From assembly GCF_009914755.1 (NCBI RefSeq), contig NC_060934.1: a stretch of 64,000 nucleotides of DNA; one strand, 5' to 3'. Below the pieces are notes generated by a model, which was given only the letters and a program-made list of their open reading frames with translations, had not been told where the DNA came from and did not search any database. A program made the translations under genes and the position numbers. The DNA is from the human T2T-CHM13v2.0 reference genome, Homo sapiens. Shown here piece by piece: positions 31,077-48,321 of this stretch (the first letter of the stretch is position 1; every line of letters starts with the position of its first letter).

Positions 31077-32924
31077 GATTCTTCTTCTTATTTCACTCTG
31101 GGATTTGGTCATTTTATAGCCAGACCTGGTCAGCAGGCTCAACTTTCCTCTTGATAAATTCACCATCCTAGACACCACTCCTGTAATGTATTCTTAAAGG
31201 AAATACAAGTTTGGGACACTAGAGGTCTCCACCTCACCATATAACCAATGTTATCTCAGGAAAACCTTAAAAGCACAATTTCCATGGCAACATGAAATAG
31301 GTGTCTTGTCCTTAAGTGGGAGGAGGAGAGGGTCGAGGAGGAAAACAGGGGCAGTTAAAAGTGGGTAGTTTCTAGTTTCTGTTGGGTGGATGTCATCAGT
31401 TGTTATTTTGAAATACTGACTGAAATTTGAGTAGGCTTTGCTGGAGTTAGATTTTCCACTTGTTTTTCAGATTTGTGTCTTTGGTTGGACACCCAGAGCT
31501 TCTTAAAGCCTGCAGCACTGGAAAAAAACCAAACCAAAAACAAAAAACAATAACCTTGTGGTGATTATTACATGCACCTGCAGAGAAATTCTTTTCTTCT
31601 TTAGATTTTACTTTGATAATCCACATTCAAGTTCAATTTCGGTCAAACCCCAAAATTCGAATTGACGTAACTGTTCTGATGTTCGGAATGCGTGCGATCT
31701 AAAACGATGCCAGCGTGATGCTCAGAATCTGTTGATCCATCCATGCTTGTCCTGGCATCTTCCCCGATGGTGGCTGCCTTAGACCCTGAGCTTCCAATGT
31801 TGCCTTAGCTGGACGATAGAGTGGCCACGTGAACATTCAGTCGAGAATCCAGGTGCACAGCCAGGTGAGAGTATCCAGCCAGGTGAGCAGCCAGGACATG
31901 CTGGGAGAAGGGAAACAGTGAGTTCTGTTGGAGTCCTTCCTGTCACTCCATGTCCCTTGGCTCTCTAGTGGCTGAAGTAACTTTAGATTTTTAATGTCAT
32001 TCCTACATCTCCAGCTTCTCAACAGTGCTTGCTCCCAGCAAAAGTCCCTTCACTTCCACCATCTCCCAGAGGCATGCCTTCTTTCACCAACTCGCAGAGG
32101 CGCTATCTCCCAGACATGGGTCTCCTTCCCCCATCTCCCAGAGGCGCGCCTTCTTCCGTCATCTCCCAGATGCCCGTCTTCTTGTCTTATGAGCCTTCTC
32201 AGGCTCCTCCAAAACTTGTTTCTTCTGAAAGCGTATTTGACAGCAAGAGTTCTAACTGACTTTTTCCAAATAACAACATCCTTGATTTAAAATTCATTAC
32301 GTGTTGCTGTTTGTATTTTAAAATATCACCTGTGAAGTCGCAGAACCTTTGGATGTATTAAAAAGAAAGGAAAAGATGCATCTCTAAAACCTCTGAGGCT
32401 TGGAAAAAAATTCTTAGATCACTAAACTTTCTTGACATTCTTCTCTTGCCAGTGGATGCTGATGAATGACAAAGAGCTGATAGGCAGGGCTTAGGACACT
32501 GGGAAGAATCCGTGCTCCTTCATGGCAGAGATCAGTCTGGGCCGGCTCTGACGTCCCCAGGAGGTGGAAAGCAAAGCAAAGTCTGGTTCCTTCTTTGTTT
32601 CCATCCTTTCCTCCCCTGCTTTCTCCCCCTCTCATGTGTTACTACAGAAAAGAGGAAGGAATACCTGTGCCTACCACTCCTTAAGAGACTTTCCCAATCC
32701 TCACCCGACCCCTGGCATTCAGCTCAGGAGCCCTCAGTGCTCCTTTCCACCCAAACTCCTGTGGCTAATTACAGGACCATAGAGTCAGAGGGAAGCCTGG
32801 CGACTGATCCATCATAACTGAAACCTCAGCTCAGAAACCCTCTAAATGTGTCTGATAAAGTTATATTTCCTGTGCTTTTTCAGTCCCAGCTCAAGGAACT
32901 GTCAACCTTCCAGGGAGAGAGCCT

Positions 32925-33107
32925 GTCTGTCTATTTATCAATCATCTGTCTACCTACCTACCTATCAATCTATCATCCATCTATCTACCTATGTATCATC
33001 TATCTATTCTGTCAATCATCTGTCTCCATATTATTTGTTTATCCATCTATTACTCATCCATCCATCTGTCCATTCATTTATCTCATCTCTATATCTATCT
33101 TATCTAA

Positions 33108-33149
<42 letters not shown>

Positions 33150-33420
33150 GCTATCTATGTATCTATCATCTATCTACCTATCATCCATCTATCTCTATCT
33201 ATGTATCATCTATTTATTCTATCAATCATCTACCTCTGTATTATTTTTCTACCCATCTATCATCCACCCATTCGTCCATTTATCTCCTTTCTATATCTAT
33301 CTTATCCATTAACTATCTACTTCTATCTATCTCTCTATCTATCTATTTGTCTATATCTTTATATTTATCATCAAATCTATGTGTGTGTACATATGTGTAT
33401 ACGTGTGTGTACGTATACAT
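32925..33420. repeat. Complex (TCTA/TCCA)n tetranucleotide STR
   Basis: Degenerate array with a pure (ATCT)n core near 33108-33147. Confidence 0.93.
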
Positions 33421-33759
33421 TAAGTGTTTGTGTATTCAAAGTAATAAATACACATAATTTAAAAATCCTTTAGTTGTTTCTCTTACCGTATCTTAAGTAG
33501 ATTTGTGTTTTGCTCTTTCCTAATGTTTAAATTTTGAGATGATGTTTGGACTTCCTGTTGAGGAAGATGACAGTTTATTTAATCAATTCCCCACACACAT
33601 ACCCTCCATGCTCCCCCATTCTCTCAGTCAGGTTGTAACTCTCAGTTTGATTAATTTGGCATTTACATTATCATTACTCACAGTGGATCCATTTAATGTA
33701 TTATAATTATCTTTGCATTTCTGGACAAAGTATTCTTTTATTTGGAATTAATAAAATAG

Positions 33760-34383
<624 letters not shown>

Positions 34384-35340
34384 GAAATCTCCTTTTAATA
34401 CACTTAAACACACCATGCCTTCGAATCTGTGAGTTGGGCTTCTTCCCTAAGGGAGCTGCTTTGTGTGGACGCTCCACTCCCTTGCCGTCTGACTGGTTGT
34501 TCTCTAGACTTTACCACTATGGCACGGCTGCTGGCGTTAACTTCTTTTCATAATCACTGCATGAACTTCCTTTGTTTCAGTCAGTCTTCCATGGGATCCT
34601 TGGTTTCCAGGTTCCTGTGTCTTTGTCTCTCTTGCTTCAGTTCCCTCCCCTGAGATGACCTATTTCCTCACTCCCGCCTTTTTTTTGGTAAAATATATCC
34701 TCTGAATAGCAGGTAGGCAGAGGATAATTTTTTTGAGAAATTGGTTGTCTGAAAATGTCTCTATTATATTCTAACATTTGAATCATAGAGTGGCTAGTTA
34801 TAGAATTGTATGTTCAAATTTATTTTGTCTTGGAATTTTGAAGACATCGTTCCAGTGTCTTGTAACTTTGTTACTGTGAGCAGTCCAATACCATTTTCCT
34901 GATCCACTGTGTGTGGCCTCTTTTGCTTTTTATGGGAGGCTTTCAGAAAAACTTCTCTCTCTCTCATCACTAGTGTTCTGACATTTTTTAAATTATATTC
35001 TTTGGTGTAGATCTTTTTTTCATTTGTTTTATTGGACACCAAAATAGTCTGTTCACATTGAAAACCTATGTATTTCAGTTCTGGGGAGTTTTCTTATACT
35101 ATGTCTTTCATGACTTCCTCCCCTTTGATCTTTTTTTCCTCTCTAATTATTATTATTTAGACATGGACTTTGGAACTGAAACTCTAATTTGTTTATTCTC
35201 CCAACATTTTCTAGCTCTAGTTTTCATCTACTTTTGGGAAGTTTCTTTAACATTCTGAATTTTTATAGCCCCTGGTCTAGTTCATGGATGGAATGTGAAT
35301 GTAATACATCCTTAGTGTTTCTGAAGATAATAATTGTTGT

Positions 35341-35661
<321 letters not shown>

Positions 35662-36309
35662 TCAAGCCAACAATAGCTCCATGTGGCTAGTGGCTACCAT
35701 ACTGTGCAGTGCAGATGTGGTACATTTCCATCACAGCAGAAAGTTCTGTTAGACGGTGTCAGAATTCAGAGTTTGTGGTGCATTTTGTTCATGACTTCAT
35801 TTCCACCAATGGTATTAATTTGTCATGTGCTATAAGAAAAAGCCTAGATGCACTTAAGCATTTTTGACAAATGAAGGTTGAATGACATCAAGACACACTG
35901 CACAGCTGGCTCTTCCTTGATAGTTCCAGTAGAGAAAGGTGGTGCATAGATCGAGTCACTGCACCATGTGTGCTCATCTAACCGTGCTGAACTCAGAAGA
36001 AACCACACCATGGTAGTTAAGACACATTGACATGGAGGGTAGTCGTTTAGTTTTAGCCTCGTAATGTCATCATCACCATAAAATCAGTCTTGTTCTGTCA
36101 GTGTTATTACTTTTGTAGTTTTCTTTGTATTAACTTTTACAAATTGTATCTTGCTTTTATAGCTGTATAAGAAAAATAAAGCAGAAGTTTTTATTTTTTA
36201 CTTCTTCATATTTAGGTTTGATACCCCCTTTCTTTGTGATCAATCAGATAGAATTATTTTTCCTATGAAAGAGGTCTCTAAATGATTTATGTTGGGATGC
36301 AGCAATAAA

Positions 36310-36800
36310 ATAATAATACTATGTTAGTGGGTACCTATTCCACATTAGGTACTCTTCCAAGTGCTTTGCATAGATGGCGTTATTCACTTCTCATATGGCT
36401 TGTGAGGCTAGCACTATTATTGTCCTTATTTTATTTTATTTTTTGTCTTTATTTTTTGGTCCTCATTTTAGAAAGGAGGAGACTGAGGCTGAGTGTTTAA
36501 GTGACTTGTCCAAGGTTATACACCACATCGGGGGTGAGGCTGGGTGTGACCCGGGCATCCTGACTCCATAACCCACTTGCTGTCCCTCCCCTTATGGTGA
36601 TAGAGGGACAAGCTTTGTCATCAAACAGGCTTGGGATCTAGTTCCAGCTCTTCTTCTATGATTCTGGGAAAGATGTGTAATCTTTCCAAACCTCAGTGTC
36701 CTTGTTGATAAAATGGAGACAATGATGCTGTCCTCAGAGATTGTCGTCAGGGGTTAAATGAGGTAATATACACAAAGCACTTCACCCAGTACCTGGTAAT
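36310..36800. mobile_element. Two MIR elements in opposite orientation
   Basis: MIR cores cattttaga..gaggagactgaggct and cctcagtgtcctt...taaaatgg. Confidence 0.7.
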
Positions 36801-39364
36801 TGCAAGAATTTTCCAGAAGGAAAACTGAGCTCTCCTTCTGCCACCTGGGAGTAGGGCAGTTGGTGCATTCCAACAGCATATTTTATAGTCAAAGCTTCAT
36901 CCGCAGTAGAGTGAAGAAACGACATGGAAGGCAGAAGCTGGGGGCAGAAAACATGTTCCCTGGCTGGGCATTTCCTTCCTGTCCTCATGGTGAGACATCA
37001 TTGATCACTGTGGTCACTGTGCCTCTCAGATGACCCCCTGGTGGGAGTTGCTGCCAACCTCTGAGGGTCCTTCTCAGACAGTGAGTTGGGTGCTGTACAG
37101 AAACAAACTTGGGTGGCGCCTACTCCATTTCCAAATATCTCTGGGCTCTGGGAGTTTGGCCCAGCTCTTCACTATGCTTATTTCAGAGGACAAATAGAGG
37201 TGGGAGGCATCTCTGGACAGCAACAGCTGGTGTGGTCAGCAAAGGCAGGAGGCTGATGCTGCAGCCAGGCCTGGGGTGGGTTGGCTTTGGGGTTGTTTAT
37301 GAGATGTGTTGGCCCTTTCAGGCTGGTAGGAGAGAATGAGTAAAAGCCCTAGAGCAGGAGCAGACATCAGGCATGTAGGGAACAATGAGTCAGCCAGCCT
37401 GGTGCTCACGGCAGTGTGGTGTCTTGCTCTGATATACACACACAGGCACACGCATGCCCCAGGGACACACTCAGTCTCTTTGGGTTCCGGACTTATTTAG
37501 GACGCAGGGAGAAACAAGGAAGTTGGGGCTCCTTCCCTCATCACTGACCCTCCAGGAGACTGAGCAGACGGCATTGAGGGAAGGAGAGCAGCCAGTGGCT
37601 TCATTCCCCGGCCTGCCGTCGGCTGGGGGCTGCTGCCCATCAGGATGGTTCCCTGAGTCAGAGAGAGGAATAACACAGGACTGACTGGAGGGCTGCCTGC
37701 AAGACTCCCAGCACCTTGGGGACCCCTCAGTAACTCCGGGAAGTGAGAGCAACTTACTGGAAGTTGCTAGTCTTAGCCCTCCTTGAGTCACCCACACTGC
37801 GGTGGCAGGACGACCCTGTGTCTCTGCTACTGTGACTGACCCTACCTCCTGGCTTCTGCTGCCCATCCCTTTGGCTGCCTTGTGGTCTTTACCAAATGCC
37901 TCTTCTCTTGGCCATCTGGTTTTTGCCTCTGTCTAAAATTCTTCAGGAGAGAGGACCTGATACCTAAGTCCAGTTAATCCTGTAGTGCCTGTAGGACGAA
38001 GTAATTTCCACCAGGCATTCTCGTGTGCCAGGCCCCACACAGACAGAGGATTGTAGAGACGTGCTCACCCACATCCTATTCACCCACTCACTCAACAAAT
38101 GCACGTGATGGAGGAGTGTCTGCCAGGGTGGTAGGCTCGGTGGTAAAGAGCGTGGTCCCTACGTGCAAGAAATCTCCTGTGTAGCTGTGGCACCAAGAGC
38201 AACATCACTGTCACTCTAGGGCTTGTCTGTGTGTAAACAAGCAAAATTCTCGGGGCAAAACCAAACCAAACCAACACCTTTATTATTTGCGCCCACCATC
38301 CATTCAGACCTGCTCTGTGGGGCTCATTCTTCCAAACTTTGGCTGAAATCTCAGAGGTCCCATGACCTTTCCGGTGACATTAGACATGTCCTTCAGTTGC
38401 TCCCTCAAGATTCATTTCTGTAACTTACATGTGCAATGCCATGAATAATTGAAAACTGATTTAAAGTTGACCCTGTCCTCTCATCTAGCTCGAGAGGGCA
38501 GTGCTGGTGGCTTGTGGTGGGGAAGGCACGTGGTCAGCGTCTTCATACTTCTCACCCGCCCATGCTCAGTCCTCTCCTTCCGCAGTCCGATGACCATGGT
38601 TTCTGCTCCTTCTTTCCCGAAGTTGGGAAAGGACAGAGAAAGGAGAGAGGTGGCAGGAGAAGTCTTCCTTGGTTTGCATTGTTGTGAGTGGGTTCTGGGA
38701 TGTTCCCGGTCTGTGGGTGTTTAAGGCTGATGCTTCCTCTGTTGGCCATCATTGATGGGTCCATTGGAGACAGAGGCTCTGAGAGCTCAGACCCCTGCCT
38801 GCAGTTTTATGATGTAACAAAGGCATTTCTTCTTCTCTGGCTGATTTACGACTTCTTCCTCTCTCCTAAGCATGGTCTTGCTGGACGGGATCTGAGAAAA
38901 TCCTGGTCAATGCTCTCTCTGTGGCCAGCCTCTCGTGCACAGGGAGCTCTCAGCCAAACTCTCAGTCTGTATCTTCCAAAAAGAAGCACTGATCTCTCTT
39001 TTTCCAAAACCTTTAACTATACCCTGAGGTAAAGTTCTCATTTCTATTGGCAAGGTTGAGTCTAGGCTAAAGTGCAAAGTGGAGGGGAACTGGGAGTGGT
39101 GATGAGAGGACCGGCATCGAAGAGACTGGCCCCCGCACTGCGTCCCCTAGAAAGGGGACAGGTAAGCCAGGTGTGGCCCTGAATTAGGAAGTCCACTTAA
39201 AACTTTAGTGAACAATCATCAGATGCTGATTGGTGGATGTCGCTGAAACCCTGCACTCTGGAATGAAGCAAGATCTGATGCTAAGAGTTCTGGGTTCAAG
39301 TCTCCACTGGTCAACCCTCTAGTGTAAGCTTTATGGTCTCCCTGGGCCTCAGGTCTCTCCTCTA

Positions 39365-39660
<296 letters not shown>

Positions 39661-39829
39661 AGGTCTCTCACCTATTAAATAGGGATATTAATAAGCAATT
39701 TCAGAGGACACCTGAAAGAATAGAAGGAAGTAACAAGTACTTCGCACACTCAGAAATACGAAGCAAATAGTAAGCTTGTTAGTCACCTGACATATTCATA
39801 CAGATGACATTTATTAAAAACAAATGATG

Positions 39830-39960
39830 AGGCCTGTAATCCCAGCACTTTGGTAGAGTGAGGCAGGGGGATCATTTGAGTCCAGGAGTTCAAGACCAGC
39901 CTAGGAAACATAGGGAGACTCTGTCTCTAATTCAAAAAAATAAAAAATAAAACAAACAAA
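39830..39960 (+). mobile_element. Alu monomer (FLAM-like)
   Basis: Single arm with tail; TSD caaatgatga. Confidence 0.8.
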
Positions 39961-40285
39961 ACCAAATGATGAATAGACCTTATTTTGGTCTAGTGGAGGG
40001 GATAAAAGTTGCGTTGGTTCCTGTTTCTAAGAGCCAACAGTCTTCACTTATTTGTCTCCTGGTAGGGGTCCTGTTGGGGTCTCTGGGTGTCAGGAGGATG
40101 CTGGGTGCTGGGGCAGGGGTATGTGGGAACCCAGAGTGAGGAGAGGACGACTGGAAGGAAAATGGGGTAGAGCTGCCCCCAGGCCTGCAGCGAGTGGAAT
40201 CCACGAGTGTCTGTGTTTTGGAAAGTGTTGCTCACTGACCTTTTAACTTTGCAGGATTTTGATTCAGATTTAGAACCAGAAAGCG

Positions 40286-40408
40286 CTCTAGTGAGGACTT
40301 TAGATAGCGTCTTCACCAACCCCATTGCTCTAGTGAGAAGGGACTTTAGATAGCGTCTTCACCGACCCCATCACTCTAGTGAGACGGGACTTTAGACAGC
40401 ATCTTCAC
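40286..40408. repeat. Three-copy ~42-46 bp tandem repeat
   Basis: ctctagtgag(a.g)ggactttaga.agc.tcttcacc x3. Confidence 0.9.
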
Positions 40409-40956
40409 CTCCATTACTTGGAGGCCCCAAAAGATGAAATGACTTGTTCAGGGCTTCACAGCAAATGCAAAGCAGAGCAGAGATCAGAACAGAACGGGCG
40501 GCTCCCTGCCCTCCACTGGCCCATCCAGGGCCTTAAAGGACCCTCTCCCTCCTTCAAGCAGGTGAATTTGGTAAACATGTGTGAGCATTTTCATTTGGAG
40601 CAAGGGGAGGACAAGTGTCGCCTTCTCACATAACTAGAGGTTTGTAGTCATGGTGCTATTTTCAGAACAAAGGGCCCGGACACCTGAATGGACACATCTG
40701 AAGATAGATGCCCATCCTTAAATGAGGTTACTCGTGTTCATTTTAGGGGAGTGTCTATTTAAAAAAAATCACAAGAGCTCCATATAGTCAGGAAAATGTT
40801 CCAGCATACCTGCAGACTGTCAACAGTCTGCTTATATTAATTATTCTATTTTAAATATAATATCTAAAGTTATTTCCAGCCATGTGATGAGGTAGGCTAG
40901 TGACTCCAAATATTATGCAGACTTGCTTTTCTTACAATTGCCTTAATGTCATCTGA

Positions 40957-41187
<231 letters not shown>

Positions 41188-41279
41188 TAAAACATCATCT
41201 CAATGCTAGCTACATTTTGAGGACTGACACAGCAGAAGCAAGTTCTTGTGGGGGGCAAGCGGGGAAGTAAACGATTAAG

Positions 41280-42345
41280 AGGACTCTTTTTTTTTTTTTA
41301 TTCCATTTTTACACATCCACCTGTTTGCCATTAAGTCACAACATTTTATCAAAATATACACACAGCACAAATACCTTTAAAATGTATGGTTGGAATTCTA
41401 ATTCAACTCAATTGACTGCTGCAAACAGCATGCATGGGCCATTGATCTTGAATGATGCCTACGGAGGGGCTTATGAGTCATGAAATCACCAGTCATGGCA
41501 CGAGAAGGGGTTAAGGTTCTTTTCCCAGGAGACTTATGCACTTCATTTCTTTTCTTGTTATAGTGTGAGAATGGCAGTGAGTGACTGTGCCAATACTGGA
41601 GTCTGCTGAGAATGGGTGGATGGAAAGGTTTTTACTGGCAAGGGTGAAATGATACTATCTTTTCTATCTTGACAAGATAACAAGCGAAGGTGTCTAGCAA
41701 ACCTTCCCTCTCACTTTCCACTTGTCCTCTTGACCATGGATTTCATGCCCAATCAGGATGAATGGATTTGTAGATCTCAAGTTACAAGCTATGTTTATTG
41801 TAAAGAATTCCCATAAAAACCTATCCAGGGCTGGCCCCCCAGCCATTTACACATCCACAGATAGGAATAGAATAAAACGGGTTAGTGATTACTTGTCTGC
41901 GGCTGAGTGAGATCCGCTACTAGACCAGGCAATGGGGCCGTTTCAGTCTTGAGACGTCTGTACTCCGTTTGCCCCTGATTCAACAAGCATTTCATTGATC
42001 AGCAGTTGGCGCCCAGGTGAAGAGCCATAATTTATTGCAGTATCAAGTCTTGAAACCTTTCCAAGTGCGGAGACCCATCTTTCAAGTAAATAACTATGGT
42101 TAGTAATGACCTAACTTCAGGAGCGTCTGTGAGACATGTCAGGAGACGAGACACACGGCATCGTCATTAGTGAAGTAGACTTGGTTTCTGCTACAGATAA
42201 AAGTCACATGGGGGCGAACGGGTCTCAGTCTTTATTGTTGAGTGTTTCTTTCTTTTTCCAAGTTGAAAAAGGAACCCAAGCAGTGTCTCTTGAACCAGTT
42301 CCCAGGGAGAAGGCAAATTCTTTCCTGTCTCTGGAGGGGCAAGAT
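41280..42345 (-). other. PRKCQ: PRKCQ 3' UTR (distal end approximate)
   Basis: Repeat-free sequence from the stop codon to an AATAAA at 41297-41302; an Alu begins just beyond. Confidence 0.8.
41297..41302 (-). terminator. Distal polyadenylation signal AATAAA of PRKCQ
   Basis: tttatt on + strand, ~1.05 kb past the stop, followed on the minus strand by an A-run and then U/GU-containing sequence. Confidence 0.7.
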
Positions 42346-42513
<168 letters not shown>

Positions 42514-43869
42514 TTAAGGGAAGAAAGAAAGAGAAGAAAAATCAGCCATTAAGTTCATGATCTTCACTTTTGTTATCTAGGCCGTGATCTGCGTATGGCA
42601 AAGTTGGTGTTTGCAGAGACACTAAATGGAGGCAATGCCTACAGATGACCATGCCCAGCTCTCATTGAACATGGCTGTGATCCTGTGTCCTCAGCTTAAT
42701 AATAATATAAATTCATAAATTCACAGAAAGACTACGACTGTAGACATTCAAATGGGATCTAATATTTCTAATGGTTTACATGAAGCAGGGTTGGCAACCT
42801 TTGAAAAAGTGATCCACCTGAATTTGACCTCTGCCTCTTCAGTTTTCATGGAACACAAGGTGGGGATAAGGGAGGGTGGTGGGGAGAGGGAGTGAGGGGG
42901 TGTGAGCGGAGGGATGGGAAGAGAGAAGGAATTTCACAATTACATATTCCTGTTCTTTTATCAACGTTCTTGGCTGTTGTCAGTCCCCTGCCCTTGTTAA
43001 TTTTATTAGTAAGTATCTTGGGCTTTTTTAGACAGCACAGACTGGGACAGACTCCTTTCAGACCACTTGGTCCATTGGTTTTCATGGCAAAAAAACCAAA
43101 ACCAAACCAAACAACAGAGAAAGGGAAAGCAAACATCTATTTCATACATGCTGTTCAGTATGGTGTTCAATTCAGTGTCCCAAGATTGAGAACAACCATT
43201 ATCAACAGAAAGTGCTATGAACACAGAGAAGCGAAATGAAGAACCAGGCCCCTCCCACCCTCCAAGGGGCCCTGGGGCTGTGAGGTCAATGGCAGCTCAG
43301 ACCACAGGTCAGGGAAAGTTTCCTACTGGCAGAACTGGGAATGTCCTTTAGGGTAAGCTTAGATCAAAGTTTTGATTTTTATGTGCAAAATATTAAGTCA
43401 ATTTTAATCTGCAGTGGAAGGTGAGACATGGTTTAATAGTTCTGATAGCTAAAAACAAGGTAAAATTTTTATTTTATCACAAATGACTAACCCATGTATT
43501 AGATGTGGTTCTGTCACAAGTAATTAGAGTGCTTGAGGCTGGCCTGTTGGGTCCTTGGAACATCACTGGAGCTTGGGACAGATGTTGAGAACAACTATTC
43601 TTGCCCTGGGAATGAGATGCACCTGCTTCTTCTGGCCATTCGCTATCATGACTAATAGCCTGTGCGTTCTCTGGGGTGGAATCTGTTGGGAAGTCCATGA
43701 GCCTGGCCCCCTTCAGCGCGGATATGGCCCATGTCTATCCAGGCAATCACAGGGAATGGTTAAGGCTGGCAAACCCACAACTTTGCTCTACTCTTTTAAA
43801 AATCATTATTTTTAGAAATTGTGATATACATAACTTAAAATTTACTTTCTTAATGACTTTTTTTTGTTG

Positions 43870-44342
<473 letters not shown>

Positions 44343-44744
44343 TGAGCCAGGTCATTCTGCCTTTGCTGATGTAGCTTAATGACTTTTGCCAGTGAGGACA
44401 TAAATGGAAATGTACAGACCTATCTTTTTTAAAGCACGGATTTAGTTAGTTTCTCCCTTAAACCAAAGAACACCTAACAATTACCCTTAGGAAATGTCGT
44501 TATATGAGCACTTTACAGATACTTTAATAAACATCATGGAAAAAACAGCTCCAAAATTCCTGACGTAGGATGCAGGGTTTATGTCCAAGTTTGGGTTACC
44601 CAGACTGGACCATTAAGTACGTATGTGTCATGTGCACAACCCCCATCTTGTTTAATAGTCACCCTCACAAATTCATATTCAACCTAAGGCGTGGACACAC
44701 AGCAATCCATTCTTCATGCAGGCGCATCTTGACGACAGAGATTA

Positions 44745-45173
<429 letters not shown>

Positions 45174-45434
45174 CTAACCTCATTTTTCTACTCACCTTCA
45201 TCAGGACTGACTAAAGTAAACCTGTCCTGGCACTCTCCCTTGAAGAAGCCTTTCTAAATTTGCTGGAGTCTGACGCGTTATCTTCTGAGGTGCATAGACC
45301 TGATTTGAAACCGGCTTTGCCCTGTGTTATTAATTGGACCTTAGGCAACTGACAAACCTGAGTCAGTTTCCTCACCTGTAAAGTAAGCCAAGTGCCCTCC
45401 TAACAGGGCTGATGTGACGATTTATAAGACAGCA

Positions 45435-45715
45435 ATACACACACAAACACGCACATAGACAGGCACACACGTGCACACAGACAGGCACATGTGACGGCAT
45501 ACACACATGGACATAAACACACACTGGCACACATGCACATAAATGTGAGCACGTGCAGACATACATACACATGAACACATGCATACACATGCACATGGAC
45601 ATGAACACATACACCTGCACACCCACTAAAACACAAATGTGAGCACACGCACACGGACAGGCATACACACGCATACACACACGTACAGGAACACATGCAC
45701 ACACACGCACGCATT
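45435..45715. repeat. (CA)-rich low-complexity repeat
   Basis: Seen directly. Confidence 0.92.
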
Positions 45716-47887
45716 TGTGCAGTATAACTCCTGGTCTGTTACACCCAACAGCATAGAGTCAGTGATAATTTGTCATTTGATCAATTATCCATCACTCCAG
45801 TCTGATTTCTTACAAAGCTGCATTCTTAGAATGATTCCAGCATTGTGGGGACTCAGGTATAATAGAAACTAGTCCCAGACAGTCAGCTTTGGACTCTACA
45901 AGGCATCTGAGTGAAGAGAATTACCCTCAGCTCCTGCAAACCTGCTGGAGGAGCAATATTTAATTCAAGGTCCATCTAATAATTTCTGAGCTGGCACATA
46001 CATACATATGTACATTCCTCTCTGCACTGTTCCTTCTCCTGTTCTTTCTGCCTAAGAAGTTAAAATGAACACTGGCAAGACAGGAAAGAAACTTGGATAT
46101 TTTTCAAACTTAAATAAAACCTGTCAAGGGCATTAAGAAACAGGAGAGTCTAAACATTAACTTAGAAAAGTAACAGGTCCCCTGGGTGTCTGGAGTAGTT
46201 ACCGGTTATTCTTACATCAGCTAGATGTTTATTTATGAAGTAACCATGAGTTATAGGGCATTTTAAGGAGCCTAAGGTTCTTTAAAACAGAAAACATGGT
46301 GGAACGCGTGATTTTCCAGGAGGCTTTCCCAGGGACTTGACCTCCATTCACACCTAAATTGCGAGTCTCTTGTTTTTACTGCTCATAAACATAGCCAGCC
46401 TGCATGTTCTGAAATAGTGCTTCACTTGTGTTATCTGAGTACTTGAAAATCTTCAAAGGCTCCGTTCTACCAAAAAAATATAAAGACCAAACAACATGCT
46501 ATTGTAAAGTGAAGTTTTTTCGCTTTTTTTAAAAAAAGTAGGAGAATCTTTTAAAGTTCCGGGTGAAATGTTTGTGCAATCACCCGGTGTATCTGATTGG
46601 CAAATTCTTAGCAGTCTCAACTTCCTCTCTCCCCCTTACCATATGGGGACTGCTGAGGACTCTCTAGGGAAACTTGGGGTTCCAAAGTACCCAATTAGAA
46701 AGCCACTGCACGGTGGAAATAACACGACAGCTATCCGAGAGACTGACTACCCACGTCGCCTTGGATAAGTTTTCTGAGTCTCAGTTTCCTCGTGTGTAAA
46801 GGAAGGGCTAGACAAGGTGATCTCTAGGGCTTGGAGAGTTCTGACATCCTCGGGCCCTCGGCTGGCATTCAAGGCTCTCTGGAGTCTGACGCTGACTCAC
46901 AGGACCTTCCATTTCCCATTAGGACCCTCTCCAGTCCAGACATTTCTGCTCACCGAAAACACCACCTGCCTTCCTGTCTCTGTCCCTCACTAATGACATT
47001 TCCATCTTGCCATGAGATACCCTCCCCTAGTCGACTCCTGCTTCCCTCCCCTCATCTTTAAATTCTGCCTTATCTTTCAGGGCTCAGCTTTCACCCCCTT
47101 TTCCTTGTGAAACTTTCTTTGATTACCTCCCCTGACAGGGAGCTCTCTCTCTTCTGTTCAAGTCATATTCAGGATTGATCACCCTATCATACATCATTCA
47201 CATCACTCATGATTCTTACGACTGATACATCATCCACTCCAACCAATGTTCTTTGAGAGGCAGGCACTGTGCTAGATGCCTCAGTGATTTTCAAACAAAT
47301 TCTAAGAGAAACAAATTCATCATCCCAGTTGTCAGCTGAGGAAGCCGAGCTTCAGAGGATCTAGCACTTTGATGACAAGCGGCCTCCTTCCCCCTCATCC
47401 TGATGGATAATCTCTCATCTGTGTACCACACAACATCTTCGCTCCACTGGAGAATTAGCACATTGTATCTTTCTTCCAAGGTTGTCTTCTTTCCTACCAC
47501 ACTGTAAGCTCTGGAGGCCGGGCACCATTGACATATCTATTCCTTACAGAAGCTAGCATAGTGCCGTGCACAACATAGATGCTCAGTAGATGCCTGCAGA
47601 GTAAGTGAATAAGCTGTCTTTCCATTTTGTTTATCTGCAGATCACGCATCTTCTATCCTCATTTTATCTCGGTTGCCTGTTTTCAGCATAGAAAAGAAGC
47701 ACCAAGTTCACGGTAAGATATATTTTTCTGTAGACTCAGAAAATGGAGTGGGTACTAAAAGCCCTTCATCACCACTGTGCAATCCACATAGGTAACGAAA
47801 TGACACCTGCACCCCATACATTTATACAAACCATAAAACAGCAGGAGTCATCACATGGAGCTGATTGATGTTTTAGAAGCAAAGAGG

Positions 47888-48321
<434 letters not shown>

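Noticed and set aside
32846-33473. 203-aa Ser/Ile/Tyr/Leu ORF
   Set aside because: Translation of the TCTA repeat.
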